Source: an uncultured Eubacteriales bacterium
Lineage (GTDB): Bacteria; Acidobacteriota; Aminicenantia; Aminicenantales; UBA8522
Assembly (NCBI GenBank): GCA_964580435.1
Contig: CAZOKP010000004.1
Location: 14,824-78,823, forward strand
Direction of reading: 5' to 3'
Length of the DNA stretch: 64,000 nucleotides
Under the pieces are notes generated by a model, which was not told the DNA's origin, did not search any database, and worked only from the letters and a program-made list of their open reading frames with translations. Below, piece after piece: positions 10,101 to 19,415 of this stretch; the stretch's first letter is position 1; each line of letters begins with the position of its first letter. The translations under genes and the position numbers were made by a program.

Positions 10101-10248
10101 ATCATCAAAACCGATGTTCGATCTCTTGGGGACTCCGGCCAAAGACAAGGATCAGAAATTTTACGAAACCGACCATATCCCACCCATGAACGAATACGTC
10201 AAAGAAACCTTGCGCTGGCTGGATAAATACCTGGGGCCGGTGAAATAA
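7132..10248 (+). CDS. multidomain Ser/Thr protein kinase, tandem paralog of the preceding gene (zinc ribbon, kinase, TM, PEGA, FGE-like, alpha/beta hydrolase)
   Basis: Same architecture and long identical peptide stretches as 4028-7120 (for example LIAGKYRILEEIGQGGMG, VALKFLPPHLMNLPELK). Some nucleotide segments are identical. GMSYGSG nucleophile elbow at the C-terminus. Confidence 0.8.
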   Translation: MSVECPKCHSENNDNSRFCSNCATPLSKAGLEGVSLTRTLETPLQIISKDSLIAGKYRILEEIGQGGMGVVYKAEDIKLKRSVALKFLPPHLMNLPELKERFLIEAQAAAALSHPNICVIHEVGEAEDRSFIVMEYVEGETLRDKIKKGPLKTEVALDITIQIAAGLGEAHRKGIIHRDIKSANIMVTDKGQAKVMDFGLAKLRGGSSLTKSQTTLGTVAYMSPEQAQGGEIDQRTDIWSLGVVLYEMLMGELPFKGDRDVSIIYSIVHEEPKSLKIRKPPVPVELQQVIARALKKNREARYGSADEMLRDLRAYQSSAQLAESGVLSLKMIGRRLRKPRVAIPTVVALIALAFLGTMFFKHQAQVRWARQVALPEIQRLIEGNDCWRNLIPVYKLAEKAEAYIPHDPKLAGLFSKCSLKVNIKTEPPGAKIFMKEYMAPESDWTYLGVSPIEKIRLPIGVFRWKIEKDGYETVLAAASTWNGDIVSPEIIVPYDIVRILDNKENIPPGMVRVTGAETADGKLDDFLIDTYEVTNKQYKEFVNGSGYRNKKYWTQKFVKDGRELTWEDAVKGFVDQTGLPGPAGWQAGDYPEGQADYPVSGISWYEAAAYAEFSGKSLPTGNHWGIARGEYTPMIQYPQLGGFALLAPFSNFLGKGPVAVGSLPGVTAYGAFDMAGNVREWCWNKTPKGRVIRGGAWGENTYMFDNMSQAPAMDRSAKNGFRCALYFEPEKIPGSAFQMVKSLGLPLIGETEDFAKQEPVPDSIFQVYKEQFSYDKTDLKARVESKKESPEWTLEKISFEAAYGGERIMAYLFLPKNAVPPYQSVIYMGGDAPVFQRSSQDIETYYEVPMFFSFLVKNGRAVLYPVYKGFFERGNDALISIIEGSWASVQWKEVFIQQVKDLRRGIDYLETRPDIDSRKLAFEGMSYGSGLAPVILAVEERLKVDVLLAGGFGLMGEGRPEVNQINYVTRVKTPTLMLNGKYDSFFPPETSSKPMFDLLGTPAKDKDQKFYETDHIPPMNEYVKETLRWLDKYLGPVK

Positions 10249-10256
10249 AAAGGAAA

Positions 10257-12344
10257 ATGAATCCGAGAAAATGCGGCCTTTATTTCTTGTTTCTCTTAGT
10301 CCCTCTGCTATGTTTGCAAATTGGAGCGAGTCCAATGGCCATTCCCGTGACGCCAGAGGACGTTTCGCAGCTAGTCTATGAGTTCAAAATCGAGACGTCC
10401 TGGCTCACAATGAAGGATGGGGTGAAGCTTTCCGCAACATTCTATAAGCCGGTTCCGCGCTCTCCAGACGAAAAATTCCCGGTCATTTTTGAATTCCTGC
10501 CCTACCGCAAAGATGATGGTGGTTATATCGGCACATATTCTCTGTACACCTATTTTGTCCAGCGCGGGTTTATCATGGCCAGAGTGGACATCCGCGGCAC
10601 CGGCTCATCTGAAGGAATTTTCCCTCTCCGCGAATATTCAGAGCAAGAGCTCGACGATGCCGTTGAGATTATCGGCCAGCTTTCCAGGATGCCCGGCTCC
10701 AACGGAAACGTCGGCATGTGGGGGATTTCCTGGGGAGGCTTCAATGCGATCCAGGTGGCCATGCGTCAGCCTCCCGCCCTGAAGGCGATCCTCGCTGCCA
10801 TGGCGACCGATGACCTCTATCACGACGACATTCATTATATTGACGGGGCTTTTCATATGGACGAGTGGGCCTTTTGGTTCGACCACTCCAAGGCCATTCC
10901 GCAGTCGCCCGACTACCCCCTGGATGAAGCCTATTTCAAAGAGCGTTTTGATTCTTATCCGGGGCTTCTGACCTATCTCAAGCAGCAGAAAGACGGCGAA
11001 TTCTGGCGCAAGAATTCCTTACGCTGGCAATACGACAAGATCCGCATCCCCTGCTATCTTATCGGCGGCCTTCTCGACGGGTACCGCGACAGCATCCCGC
11101 GCATGCTTGAGAACATGAAAGTCCCGGTCAAAGCCGAAATCGGCCCTTGGAACCACGCTTGGCCGGACGACGGAACCCCGGGACCGAACTATGAATGGCG
11201 TTATGAAGCGGTCCGCTGGTGGGACCAATGGCTTAAAGGAAAGAACACGGGCGTGCTCAACGACCCCCGCCTTACTGTTTTCCTGCGGGAAGGACATGGC
11301 CCCGATTCGTCGCTCCAAATGGCACCGGGCCGCTGGATCTGCGAGGATTGGCCTATACCCGGGACAACATGGAAGAAGTTTTTCCCAAGAGAAAATCGTT
11401 ACCTAGGTCAAGAAGTGGGGGTGCAGTCAGCGGAATCATTGCGTTATGTCCCCACTTACGGCATAAACACAGGCCTGTGGTGGGGAGAGGCGACCGACGA
11501 CATGCGGCCTGATGATGCCGGGAGTCTGGTCTTTGATAGCGCGCCGGTTGAAAAAGAATTCGAGATCGTCGGCTTTCCGCAGGTGCATCTCCGGGTTTCT
11601 GCGGACGCGCCGTTGGCCCACTGGGTGGCCCGGCTTGAGGATGTTTTCCCGGACGGCACCGTGTCTCTGGTCGCCGGGGCGCTTCTCAACGGCTCCCAGC
11701 GGCGTTCACGCCTTGAGCCGGAGGCGCTCGTGCCGGGCCAGGTTTATGACCTGGATTTTGAAATGCATTTTACCACCTGGACCTTTAAGCCAGGCCACCG
11801 CATCCGGCTCGCAGTCGCGAATTCCCTTTTTCCGATGATCTGGCCGACGCCATATCCTATAACAACGAAGCTCTTTGTTGGCGACGAGAATACACGGCTG
11901 GAATTGCCCGTGATCCCGACGAAACGGCGGCCGGCGCCTTCCTTCAAGACGCCCGAAAAAAGAGAAGTGCGCCTAGATGCCCGCGACATCGTGAGCGAAG
12001 TCTGGCCGCAGGGCTTCTACGAATGGCGGCGGGACCTTTGGAAAGGAATCGTGGGTGTGGAATGGAAAGGGAAAAGCAGCTGGGAAATTCGGGACCGGCG
12101 CTATCATTCGACCGAGAAAAACTATTATGAAACTAATGAGAAAAACCCTGCCCAATCGCGTTTTCTCGGTGAAGACAGCGACCGGATTGAGCTTCCCGGC
12201 CGGAATATTTATTTGCTCACAAACGTCGAGATCCTGTCCAACGATAAGAACTTCTTTGTCACGTTCCTTCGGCAGGTCTTCGAAAATGATAAGCTCATCC
12301 GCCGCCGGGAGTGGAAAGAGACAATCCCGAGAATGTTCAATTAA
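10257..12344 (+). CDS. CocE/NonD family alpha/beta hydrolase (X-Pro dipeptidyl-peptidase S15-like), secreted
   Basis: Signal-peptide-like N-terminus. FPVIFEFLPYRKDD, VDIRGTGSSEG, and GMWGISWGG (GxSYxG-type nucleophile), characteristic of CocE/NonD hydrolases. About 695 aa. Confidence 0.75.
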   Translation: MNPRKCGLYFLFLLVPLLCLQIGASPMAIPVTPEDVSQLVYEFKIETSWLTMKDGVKLSATFYKPVPRSPDEKFPVIFEFLPYRKDDGGYIGTYSLYTYFVQRGFIMARVDIRGTGSSEGIFPLREYSEQELDDAVEIIGQLSRMPGSNGNVGMWGISWGGFNAIQVAMRQPPALKAILAAMATDDLYHDDIHYIDGAFHMDEWAFWFDHSKAIPQSPDYPLDEAYFKERFDSYPGLLTYLKQQKDGEFWRKNSLRWQYDKIRIPCYLIGGLLDGYRDSIPRMLENMKVPVKAEIGPWNHAWPDDGTPGPNYEWRYEAVRWWDQWLKGKNTGVLNDPRLTVFLREGHGPDSSLQMAPGRWICEDWPIPGTTWKKFFPRENRYLGQEVGVQSAESLRYVPTYGINTGLWWGEATDDMRPDDAGSLVFDSAPVEKEFEIVGFPQVHLRVSADAPLAHWVARLEDVFPDGTVSLVAGALLNGSQRRSRLEPEALVPGQVYDLDFEMHFTTWTFKPGHRIRLAVANSLFPMIWPTPYPITTKLFVGDENTRLELPVIPTKRRPAPSFKTPEKREVRLDARDIVSEVWPQGFYEWRRDLWKGIVGVEWKGKSSWEIRDRRYHSTEKNYYETNEKNPAQSRFLGEDSDRIELPGRNIYLLTNVEILSNDKNFFVTFLRQVFENDKLIRRREWKETIPRMFN

Positions 12345-12383
12345 ACATCGGGCCCCGGCTTCTGTATTGGATCATCACGGATT

Positions 12384-13559
12384 ATGAGCCAACAAGATAG
12401 CTTCTGGAACAGGAATTTTCTTCTGGCCCTGCTCGGCTACTTTTTCCTGTTTATGAGCGTCAGCCTGTTCTTCATTTTCCCGCTCTTTTTGAAGCAGTTT
12501 AATCCGTCCGAGAGCCGCGTCGGTCTGATCATGGGGATTTTCAGCTTGATGGCCATATTTATCCGCCCCTTTTTTGGACGATTGATTGATGTCCGTGGCA
12601 GAAAACAGGTCTCGCTCCTCGGCATCGGGCTGATGTTCCTCGTTTTGCCGCTCTTCCATTTTATCAAGGACGCCGGCCTCTATCCGATCATTCTGAGGGC
12701 CCTCGCCGGTCTCGGTTGGGGAATCAGCATGACCGCTACGATTACCATCTGTTCAGATCTCGCACCGGTCGAGAAACTGGCCCATTCGATGGGCATTGTG
12801 GGAGTGGCCGGCCTCATATCCAGCGCTTTAGGTCCGGTGATTGCTGAAGAAATTGTGAACCGGTTTGGCTTCCCGGGCCTTTTTCTGGCGAGTTCGGTCT
12901 TTCTCGCGGCGGCATTCTTATGCATCCTGGCGACAAGAGAAGCGGCCAGGCCTTGTCTCCCTGAAGAAAAATCCAAGGTTGATGTTCTTAAGAGCCTTTC
13001 CCTGTTTACTCTTTTGCTCATCGGTTCCCTTCCAGTTTTTCACGGCGCCGTGAGGAGCGCGGTTGTCTATTTCATCGCTTTGTTCGCGCGGTCCATTTCA
13101 ATACATAGAATCGGCCCGTTTTTTGTGACTTTTTCTGCCGCCGCCATCATGACGCGCCTATGGATAGGGGACATCTCCGACCGCTACGGCCGCAAACAGG
13201 TCATCTTCCCTTCGGCAATAATCATCAGCCTGAATTGCGTCTTGATCTCCCAGGTCCGCAACCCCTGGATGTTTCTTCTGGCAGGGTTTATCGGCGGGTT
13301 CGGGCAGGGGTTGATTTTTCCTGCGCTCAGCACTTATATCATCGATATCCTCGGCCGCGAGAACAAGGGCTTCGCCCTCAGCCTCTACCTTTCCCTTTTT
13401 GACGTGGGCATGGGCTTGGGATCGCCTTTCTTCGGCTGGATATCCGACCTTTTCGGCTACCGCAGGATGTATCTCTTTGCCGGGGCATTCCTCTTTCTCT
13501 TCAGCATTCTCTTCACCCTCAAAGCACCCGCTCTGAAGGGCGCTCAGACTCCCAAATAG
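12384..13559 (+). CDS. MFS transporter
   Basis: 391 aa, about 12 hydrophobic segments. MFS loop motif GRLIDVRGRKQV between TM2 and TM3, with a repeat in the second half (DRYGRKQV). Confidence 0.75.
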   Translation: MSQQDSFWNRNFLLALLGYFFLFMSVSLFFIFPLFLKQFNPSESRVGLIMGIFSLMAIFIRPFFGRLIDVRGRKQVSLLGIGLMFLVLPLFHFIKDAGLYPIILRALAGLGWGISMTATITICSDLAPVEKLAHSMGIVGVAGLISSALGPVIAEEIVNRFGFPGLFLASSVFLAAAFLCILATREAARPCLPEEKSKVDVLKSLSLFTLLLIGSLPVFHGAVRSAVVYFIALFARSISIHRIGPFFVTFSAAAIMTRLWIGDISDRYGRKQVIFPSAIIISLNCVLISQVRNPWMFLLAGFIGGFGQGLIFPALSTYIIDILGRENKGFALSLYLSLFDVGMGLGSPFFGWISDLFGYRRMYLFAGAFLFLFSILFTLKAPALKGAQTPK

Positions 13560-13612
13560 AAGTTATGTCTGCGGGATGTTTGCTGGAGGGGCCCAGAGAA
13601 AATACTGATCCT

Positions 13613-16339
13613 TTAGAAAATCAGCCTGATTCCGACTCTGGCCTGGCGCGGATTAACCAGGCTGTAGAGCTCATGCCCATCTGTGGAGGGATAAGCCCCC
13701 GGGATCCAGTCGTAGCCGATGAGCGTGCCCCAGCTGGTTATGGTGTTGTCATTGAAGACGTTGAAGACGTCGACGAGCAAACCGAGATGGTACTTGTTAG
13801 CCAGGGTGAAAACCTTCTCCAGCCTGAGGTCAAGAAGATTCGCCATCTGGTAATGATTGGAACCCCTGGGCTCTGTGAAGAAAGTGACCGTTCCCTGGTT
13901 GAGTCTCTCTGTCCTGTATCGTGTCGTCCAGGTATTTCCCGAAATCCCGTGGTAATAGGCGCTGAGGGAGATGCCAAACGGCAAGACGTAGGTGCCCTGA
14001 ATTTTAATCTGGCTGGTGGGGTCATAGGTCGGGTGGCCGTCGGCGTTGATCCAAAAGTTTGGGTCGGAAGTATTGAGGTCGTCGCGGCCGTTCCAGCCGA
14101 TATCATTAGCAAACTGGTTATCCATAGTCCCACTGGCCTGGGAATAAACGTAGGATAGGATCAGCTGCCATTTGTTGGAGAAGCGCTTGTTGAAGAGGAA
14201 TTCAATGGCCCAGTACTTGCGGTAAGGATTGTCGAGGATATAGGGCTGCTCCTTTTTGAGGTTGGCGATGATGTATTCATGGGTGTCGACAGTCGCGAAT
14301 GTCCGTTGATAAACCTCGTAAGTTTTCTCCAAGTCGGGGACGTCAACGGAGTAAGGCTCGTAGTCGGCCCGGAGGTCATACAGGCCGATGATATCATTCC
14401 ATTCTCGGTTGATGTAGGTGATTCCCAAAGAGGCATCCTTAAACAGCTCTCTTTCGATCCCGATCATGAATTGGGTCATGTAGGGCAGCTTGATATCATA
14501 GGCCAGCTGGTAAAGGCCTTGGGGCGTGGTGCGTGTGAATTCGATATACTCCTGCAATTCGCTATCCCAATAGTAGCCAATGTAGTCACTGAATGCCGCG
14601 GGAGGATTCAGCCTGTCAAATAGAGTGGTATACATGCCTTCCGCATACTGGCCGTAATGAGCTTTGAGGACCGTGCTCTTGTCGCCGAGGAGGTCGACCG
14701 TGAAACCTATGCGTGGGTCCAGCCGGAATGTGTTAAAGACCGCGCCATCGACTTCCTGGACCTTACCCCAGTTCTGGCTGAGCCGGAGTCCGGCGTTGAT
14801 GTTGAACCGTGGGGTGATCTGCCAGGAATCTTGGGCAAAGGCATCGACCCGCGTGAAGGAGGAGTTGAGGTCGTAGCCGACATACTGGTAGGCGAGATAC
14901 GGCTCGTTGTAATAATCAAAATAATAGATATTCGCGGGGCCGGTATAGCCAAATTGGTTTCTGACAGAGGCGTGTTCGATCTCCACGCCAAATTTGAAAT
15001 CGTGATCGCCGGCGATGAAATCCTCGGCATAATGGCTGAAGGAGGCATTGGCCTGGAGCCGGCTCCGGTCATTATTACTGAAATACCCGGCGCTCTCCGT
15101 CAGCTCATTTGTGCCGTAATCAAAATGGCCGGAGACGTTTCCGGCTTTCGGTTCGAGGTGAAGATATCCCCAGAAGTAGGCGAGTTGGAGGTTGAAGAAG
15201 CTCTCGGAGCTGAACATATGAGTCAGACTGAAATTCCCGATCACCTCGGGGGCTTTTTGGTCGAGGGTCGCCATGGGCGAGATGGCCGCGCCGGCCCCCC
15301 GGTTCGTCCCGTTGATGGCGTCAGCCTCGAGTGAGACGTTCATGCTGGTGTTGGGCGAAAACTGTGCGGTGAGCTTTCCAAAGAACCTGGGCTGAACATA
15401 GTTGATGGGCTCCGGAAAATCTGTGGGATAATCCCAATCTTCATTCCACTGCAGCCCGGAATAGAACCACAGCTTGTCCGTTTTTAAGGGGCCACCGATT
15501 TGGGCGTTGATGTCGACCGATTGGGTCATGGGAGAGGTGAGCCCCGGAAAATCATCGAAATAAGCGGCCTGGTTCGTTGTTCGCCAAAAGCCCTTCGGTT
15601 TCCCTTGAAAATCAAACTCGACCTGACCGTGGTATTCGTTCCCACCGGATTTGGTAATGAGGTTGAAGACGACGCCGGTGAAATTCCCGTATTCAGCCGG
15701 CAAGCCGACGCCCATAACCTTGGCTTCTCCGATGATATTATGATCTAGGTAGACCCAGACCGCTCCGGAATCCGGGTCGGATACATTGGCCCCGTCCAGC
15801 ATCCAGGCGATTCCGGTTTCGCTCGATGCTCCGTAGGCCGTTCCGTCATTGACGCCGGGGGCCAGGTTGACGATGTCCGGAGTGAGCTGACTGTAGGGAA
15901 TGTTCCTCAGGAACTCGTTCGGGAGAGTAATGGAGGCGGTTTCCGTGGACGCCGTGTCGATCGTGGGCGGCCGGGAAATGACGGTTGTTTCTTCCTTGGC
16001 AGTCTTGAGTTTCATGCCGAAATCGACCGTCAGCCGCGCGGTCGTGGTCAAGCGGATATTTTCCCAGATGACCGTGGCAAAATCCTGGTGTTCGGCCTTA
16101 ACCGTGTATTGACCCGGAGGAAGAGCGGAGAATCTGTAGGAGCCGTCGCCTCCGGAGACGACGGTGCGGACGCCCATCAGACTGGGACTTGATACTGTAA
16201 TGGTCACGCCCCGAAGAGCGTTTCCTTGCGGGTTGTAAACCGTGCCGCCGATGGCGCCCGTTTCCTTGGACTGGGAGTAGAGGGCCGGTGAAAATATAAG
16301 AAGCCATACCAGAAATGTCAGAATGGACCGCGTTTTCAT
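13613..16339 (-). CDS. TonB-dependent receptor-like outer membrane protein with N-terminal carboxypeptidase-regulatory-like domain
   Basis: Probable start at MKTRSILTF (ATG 16339, preceded by GGAGGA); the listed ORF carries a 32-aa upstream extension. Signal peptide. CarbopepD_reg-like GTVYNPQGNALRGVTITVSS...GSYRFSALPPGQYTV. Large beta-rich body ending in a C-terminal aromatic residue (...GIRLIF), typical of outer membrane barrels. Confidence 0.7.
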   Translation of the reverse strand: MKTRSILTFLVWLLIFSPALYSQSKETGAIGGTVYNPQGNALRGVTITVSSPSLMGVRTVVSGGDGSYRFSALPPGQYTVKAEHQDFATVIWENIRLTTTARLTVDFGMKLKTAKEETTVISRPPTIDTASTETASITLPNEFLRNIPYSQLTPDIVNLAPGVNDGTAYGASSETGIAWMLDGANVSDPDSGAVWVYLDHNIIGEAKVMGVGLPAEYGNFTGVVFNLITKSGGNEYHGQVEFDFQGKPKGFWRTTNQAAYFDDFPGLTSPMTQSVDINAQIGGPLKTDKLWFYSGLQWNEDWDYPTDFPEPINYVQPRFFGKLTAQFSPNTSMNVSLEADAINGTNRGAGAAISPMATLDQKAPEVIGNFSLTHMFSSESFFNLQLAYFWGYLHLEPKAGNVSGHFDYGTNELTESAGYFSNNDRSRLQANASFSHYAEDFIAGDHDFKFGVEIEHASVRNQFGYTGPANIYYFDYYNEPYLAYQYVGYDLNSSFTRVDAFAQDSWQITPRFNINAGLRLSQNWGKVQEVDGAVFNTFRLDPRIGFTVDLLGDKSTVLKAHYGQYAEGMYTTLFDRLNPPAAFSDYIGYYWDSELQEYIEFTRTTPQGLYQLAYDIKLPYMTQFMIGIERELFKDASLGITYINREWNDIIGLYDLRADYEPYSVDVPDLEKTYEVYQRTFATVDTHEYIIANLKKEQPYILDNPYRKYWAIEFLFNKRFSNKWQLILSYVYSQASGTMDNQFANDIGWNGRDDLNTSDPNFWINADGHPTYDPTSQIKIQGTYVLPFGISLSAYYHGISGNTWTTRYRTERLNQGTVTFFTEPRGSNHYQMANLLDLRLEKVFTLANKYHLGLLVDVFNVFNDNTITSWGTLIGYDWIPGAYPSTDGHELYSLVNPRQARVGIRLIF

Positions 16340-16482
16340 TTTTCCTCCACGACCAGGTTTTCTGCACACCCTAATGTTCTGGATCAATCTCTTTGGCTGG
16401 CGCAAAATTATAGTCAATAAAAAAGGATTTTGCAATCCTTGGCCGACATGATAGAATGCCCAACTTAGGGAAGGGAAAGAGT

Positions 16483-17484
16483 ATGAACAAGAAATATAAT
16501 TCCCCTATCAAGCGCCGCGATTTTATCAAGACTTCGGTGACCGGGCTAGCTGTGTTGCCCGCGCTGCGGATCGGTCGGCTCGGGCCGGAGAGTGCGGAGA
16601 ACAAAACCAGGGTCGCGCTCGTCAAGACGCAAGGCCGAAAAACTGGCGTAAAAGAGGTCCTGCGGCTTCTGGACATTCCCCCGATGACAGGCAAAAAAAT
16701 ATTCATCAAACCAAACTTTAATACGGCTGAGCCTTTTCCTGCCTCAACCCATAACGACACTCTCGCTGCGCTGGTCCAGGGAATCAAGGACGGCGGAGCA
16801 GCCGCCATAACGGTCGGGGAGAGGAGCGGCCCGCCCCCCACGATTAAAGTCCTTGAGGAAAAAGGGATCTCGGATCTGGCCAAAGAACTCGGGTTTGAGA
16901 TCATAAATTTTGAGGACCTTAAGGACTCAGACTGGGTTCATTGCAACCCTCCGGGGAATCACTGGTCGGAGGGTTTCTATATCCCCAGGCCTGTCGCCGA
17001 GGCAGAATACCTTATTTCCACATGCTGTTTGAAGACCCACCAATATGGCGGAGTCTTCACTCTCTCGCTTAAATTGTCTGTCGGCGTGACGCCCAAAAAG
17101 CTGATGGGCGAGCTCCACCGTTCGCCAAACCAGAGAAAAATGATCGCTGAGATCAATGCCGCCTATACGCCCCGGTTAATCGTTATGGATGGACTCGAGG
17201 CTTTTGTCGACGGCGGCCCCTCTGCGGGCAAGAAGGCTCAGGCTGACGTTTTCATCGGCGGCACCGACCGCATCGCTGTTGATGCTGTGGGCGTGGCCAT
17301 CCTGAAAGAGCTCGGCTCGAATGACGCCATCATGAACACGAGGATTTTCGACCAGGAGCAAATTAAAAGAGCGGTTGAGCTCGGGCTGGGAATATCAGGT
17401 CCGCAGGGGATCGAGTTCGTTGCTCCCGACGCGCCCAGCCGGATGTATGCCGAAAAGCTGAAGTCGATCCTGGCCGAAGGTTAA
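16483..17484 (+). CDS. DUF362 domain protein with twin-arginine (TAT) signal
   Basis: Probable start MNKKYNSPIKRRDFIKTSVTGLAVLPAL (RRDFIK TAT motif), RBS AAGGGAAAG upstream. The body (KIFIKPNFN...AITVGERSG...) resembles DUF362 proteins. Confidence 0.5.
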   Translation: MNKKYNSPIKRRDFIKTSVTGLAVLPALRIGRLGPESAENKTRVALVKTQGRKTGVKEVLRLLDIPPMTGKKIFIKPNFNTAEPFPASTHNDTLAALVQGIKDGGAAAITVGERSGPPPTIKVLEEKGISDLAKELGFEIINFEDLKDSDWVHCNPPGNHWSEGFYIPRPVAEAEYLISTCCLKTHQYGGVFTLSLKLSVGVTPKKLMGELHRSPNQRKMIAEINAAYTPRLIVMDGLEAFVDGGPSAGKKAQADVFIGGTDRIAVDAVGVAILKELGSNDAIMNTRIFDQEQIKRAVELGLGISGPQGIEFVAPDAPSRMYAEKLKSILAEG

Positions 17485-17489
17485 TTCTC

Positions 17490-18065
17490 GTGGATTTTTA
17501 TGACATCATCCTGACACGGCGGACCATCCGTCAATTCAAACCTCTTCCTGTCGCTCCGTCTCTTCTCGAAAAACTGGTCAACGCGGCCAGACTCGCTCCC
17601 TCCGCCGGAAATCTGCAGCCTCTGGAGTTTGTGATCGTTGATGACGGGGAGGTCCGGAAAAGGGTCTTCTCCTGCCTACGCTGGGCCGGTTATATTGCCC
17701 CGGACGGAAACCCTCAACCCGGGAATGAACCCATGGCCTATATTGTGACCTTGGTCAACACAACCGTGAAGAAAAAAGGCTCTGAATATGACGTTGGGGC
17801 CGCCATGGAAAACATGATTCTGGCTGCATGGAAAGAAGGATTGGGGAGCTGCTGGATTATCTCGGTCCAGAAGGAAAAAATTGCCGAAATCTTGAGGATT
17901 CCCGAAGGTTATAAAGTGGATTCTGTCCTTGCCCTCGGCTATCCCGCTGAGAATCCCGTGGTTGAAGAGCTAAAAGACTCGGTAAGATATTGGAAAGACA
18001 AGGAGGCCGTCCTTCACGTTCCCAAGCGAAATCTCAAAGACATCATTCACCTCAATAAGTTTTAG
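17490..18065 (+). CDS. nitroreductase family protein (GTG start)
   Basis: 191 aa with the typical nitroreductase N-terminus ILTRRTIRQFKPLPV and the ...AGNLQP... motif. GTG initiation codon at 17490. Confidence 0.7.
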   Translation: MDFYDIILTRRTIRQFKPLPVAPSLLEKLVNAARLAPSAGNLQPLEFVIVDDGEVRKRVFSCLRWAGYIAPDGNPQPGNEPMAYIVTLVNTTVKKKGSEYDVGAAMENMILAAWKEGLGSCWIISVQKEKIAEILRIPEGYKVDSVLALGYPAENPVVEELKDSVRYWKDKEAVLHVPKRNLKDIIHLNKF

Positions 18066-18068
18066 GCG

Positions 18069-19415
18069 TCATTCTCCGGCAACGGTAAGCTCTCCTATCT
18101 TGATCGTGGGACCGCAGACAGGTCCGCGAAACTCGAGGTCATTCCCGACCATCTCGACCTGGTTCAGGATTTTTTCCAGGTTTCCGGATATGGTGACCTC
18201 GGAGACAGGATAGGCGACCTCGCCGTCCTCGATCCATAATCCAAAAGCCCCCCGCGAGATATCCCCGTTCACGGAATTGAGACCGTGGCCGATCGTCCGG
18301 ATAAGGACGAAGCCTTTCTTGGTCGAGGAGATGATGTCTTGAGGAGGCGATGAGCCGCGGACAAGATAGAAGTTGTTCGGGCTGACGCCGGTGCCGTCCG
18401 CGTTTCCCGTGGACTGAAGCTTCAGCTTGCGGGCGGCATAAGTGTTGCAGACGTAGCTTCGGAGCACGCCTTTCTCGACGATCGTGGTTCTCCGGCAGGG
18501 CACGCCTTCACTGTCGAACGGTCTCGAGCCGAGCTTTCCAGGCATCAGGCCATCGTCAATGACCGTGATTTTATCATTCCCGATCCTCTGACCAAGCCTG
18601 TCGGCGAGAAAAGAGACTTTTTGGTAGACGGCCACGCCCGAGGCACAGGCGAACAAGAAGCCCAAAAGCCAAGCTGTCATGGGCGGCTCAAAGATGACGG
18701 GCACCGTCTGGGTTTGGATCTTCCGCGGGTTGAGCTGCCGGACCGTCCTCTCGACCGCCTTTTTTGCGATCGTCTCCGGGGATTCCAGGTTGTTAAAGAA
18801 CCTTTCCGTGGAAAACCAATAATCCTCGACTTTATCGTCTGTGCCGCCGGCCTGGAGCCCGACGCTCAGACTGCAGAACGTTTGGTCATAGGACCCGCTC
18901 AACCCCTTGGAATTGGCCAGGATCGTCGTGAACTCGTTCGTCACAAAACTTGCGCCATGCGAGTTAGTGATCCTTTTATCCGCGAGGGCAATCCGCTCTG
19001 TCTCGAGGGCAAGAGAGATTTTTTTGGCGGCCTCGAGCTCTTTTATTCTGGGGTCAAAGAGGTTCAGGGACGAGATATCGATGCCTTCTGTTGTTGGGGG
19101 AGGAAGACCGGCGCACACATCGCGGCTGCCGAACGCCGCCCTCTGGATGGCGCTCCGGACCAAATGCCTGAGCGTTTCTTTGGTGAGGTCGGAAGAGCTC
19201 GCGTAGGCCGTTTTCATGTCTTTTATAACTTTAAGGCCAAGATGTCTTGAGCCGGCTTCGACAAGGTTTTCGATCTTGCCGAGCCTGATATCAACGCCGA
19301 ATTCGGAGCCGTCGCCGATCGTGATTTCAGCTTCATCCGCTCCGCTTGACCTGGCGAAGACGACAAGACTTTCCGCCAGCCCACGGAGCTCAGCCGCCTG
19401 AGGATTTCCTTTCAT
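18069..19415 (-). CDS. pmbA: TldE/PmbA family metalloprotease
   Basis: 448 aa, TldD/PmbA fold pattern. Overlaps the upstream tldD by 4 nt, consistent with the usual tldD-pmbA pairing. Confidence 0.75.
   Translation of the reverse strand: MKGNPQAAELRGLAESLVVFARSSGADEAEITIGDGSEFGVDIRLGKIENLVEAGSRHLGLKVIKDMKTAYASSSDLTKETLRHLVRSAIQRAAFGSRDVCAGLPPPTTEGIDISSLNLFDPRIKELEAAKKISLALETERIALADKRITNSHGASFVTNEFTTILANSKGLSGSYDQTFCSLSVGLQAGGTDDKVEDYWFSTERFFNNLESPETIAKKAVERTVRQLNPRKIQTQTVPVIFEPPMTAWLLGFLFACASGVAVYQKVSFLADRLGQRIGNDKITVIDDGLMPGKLGSRPFDSEGVPCRRTTIVEKGVLRSYVCNTYAARKLKLQSTGNADGTGVSPNNFYLVRGSSPPQDIISSTKKGFVLIRTIGHGLNSVNGDISRGAFGLWIEDGEVAYPVSEVTISGNLEKILNQVEMVGNDLEFRGPVCGPTIKIGELTVAGE

Larger units (their letters stand above)
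4028..10248 (+). repeat. tandem gene duplication, two copies of about 3.1 kb each (the two multidomain kinase genes)
   Basis: The two adjacent ORFs are colinear over their full length with high amino-acid identity. Identical nucleotide runs occur, for example around 4170-4215 versus 7282-7325. Confidence 0.7.

Noticed and set aside
13613-16435. N-terminal extensions of listed ORFs (for example 13613-16435, 25804-27594, 28780-32052, 50860-51765, 51624-52850, 21936-24653)
   Set aside because: The longest-ORF coordinates overrun upstream genes or tRNAs. Internal starts with good RBS and ATGA-type coupling were chosen instead.
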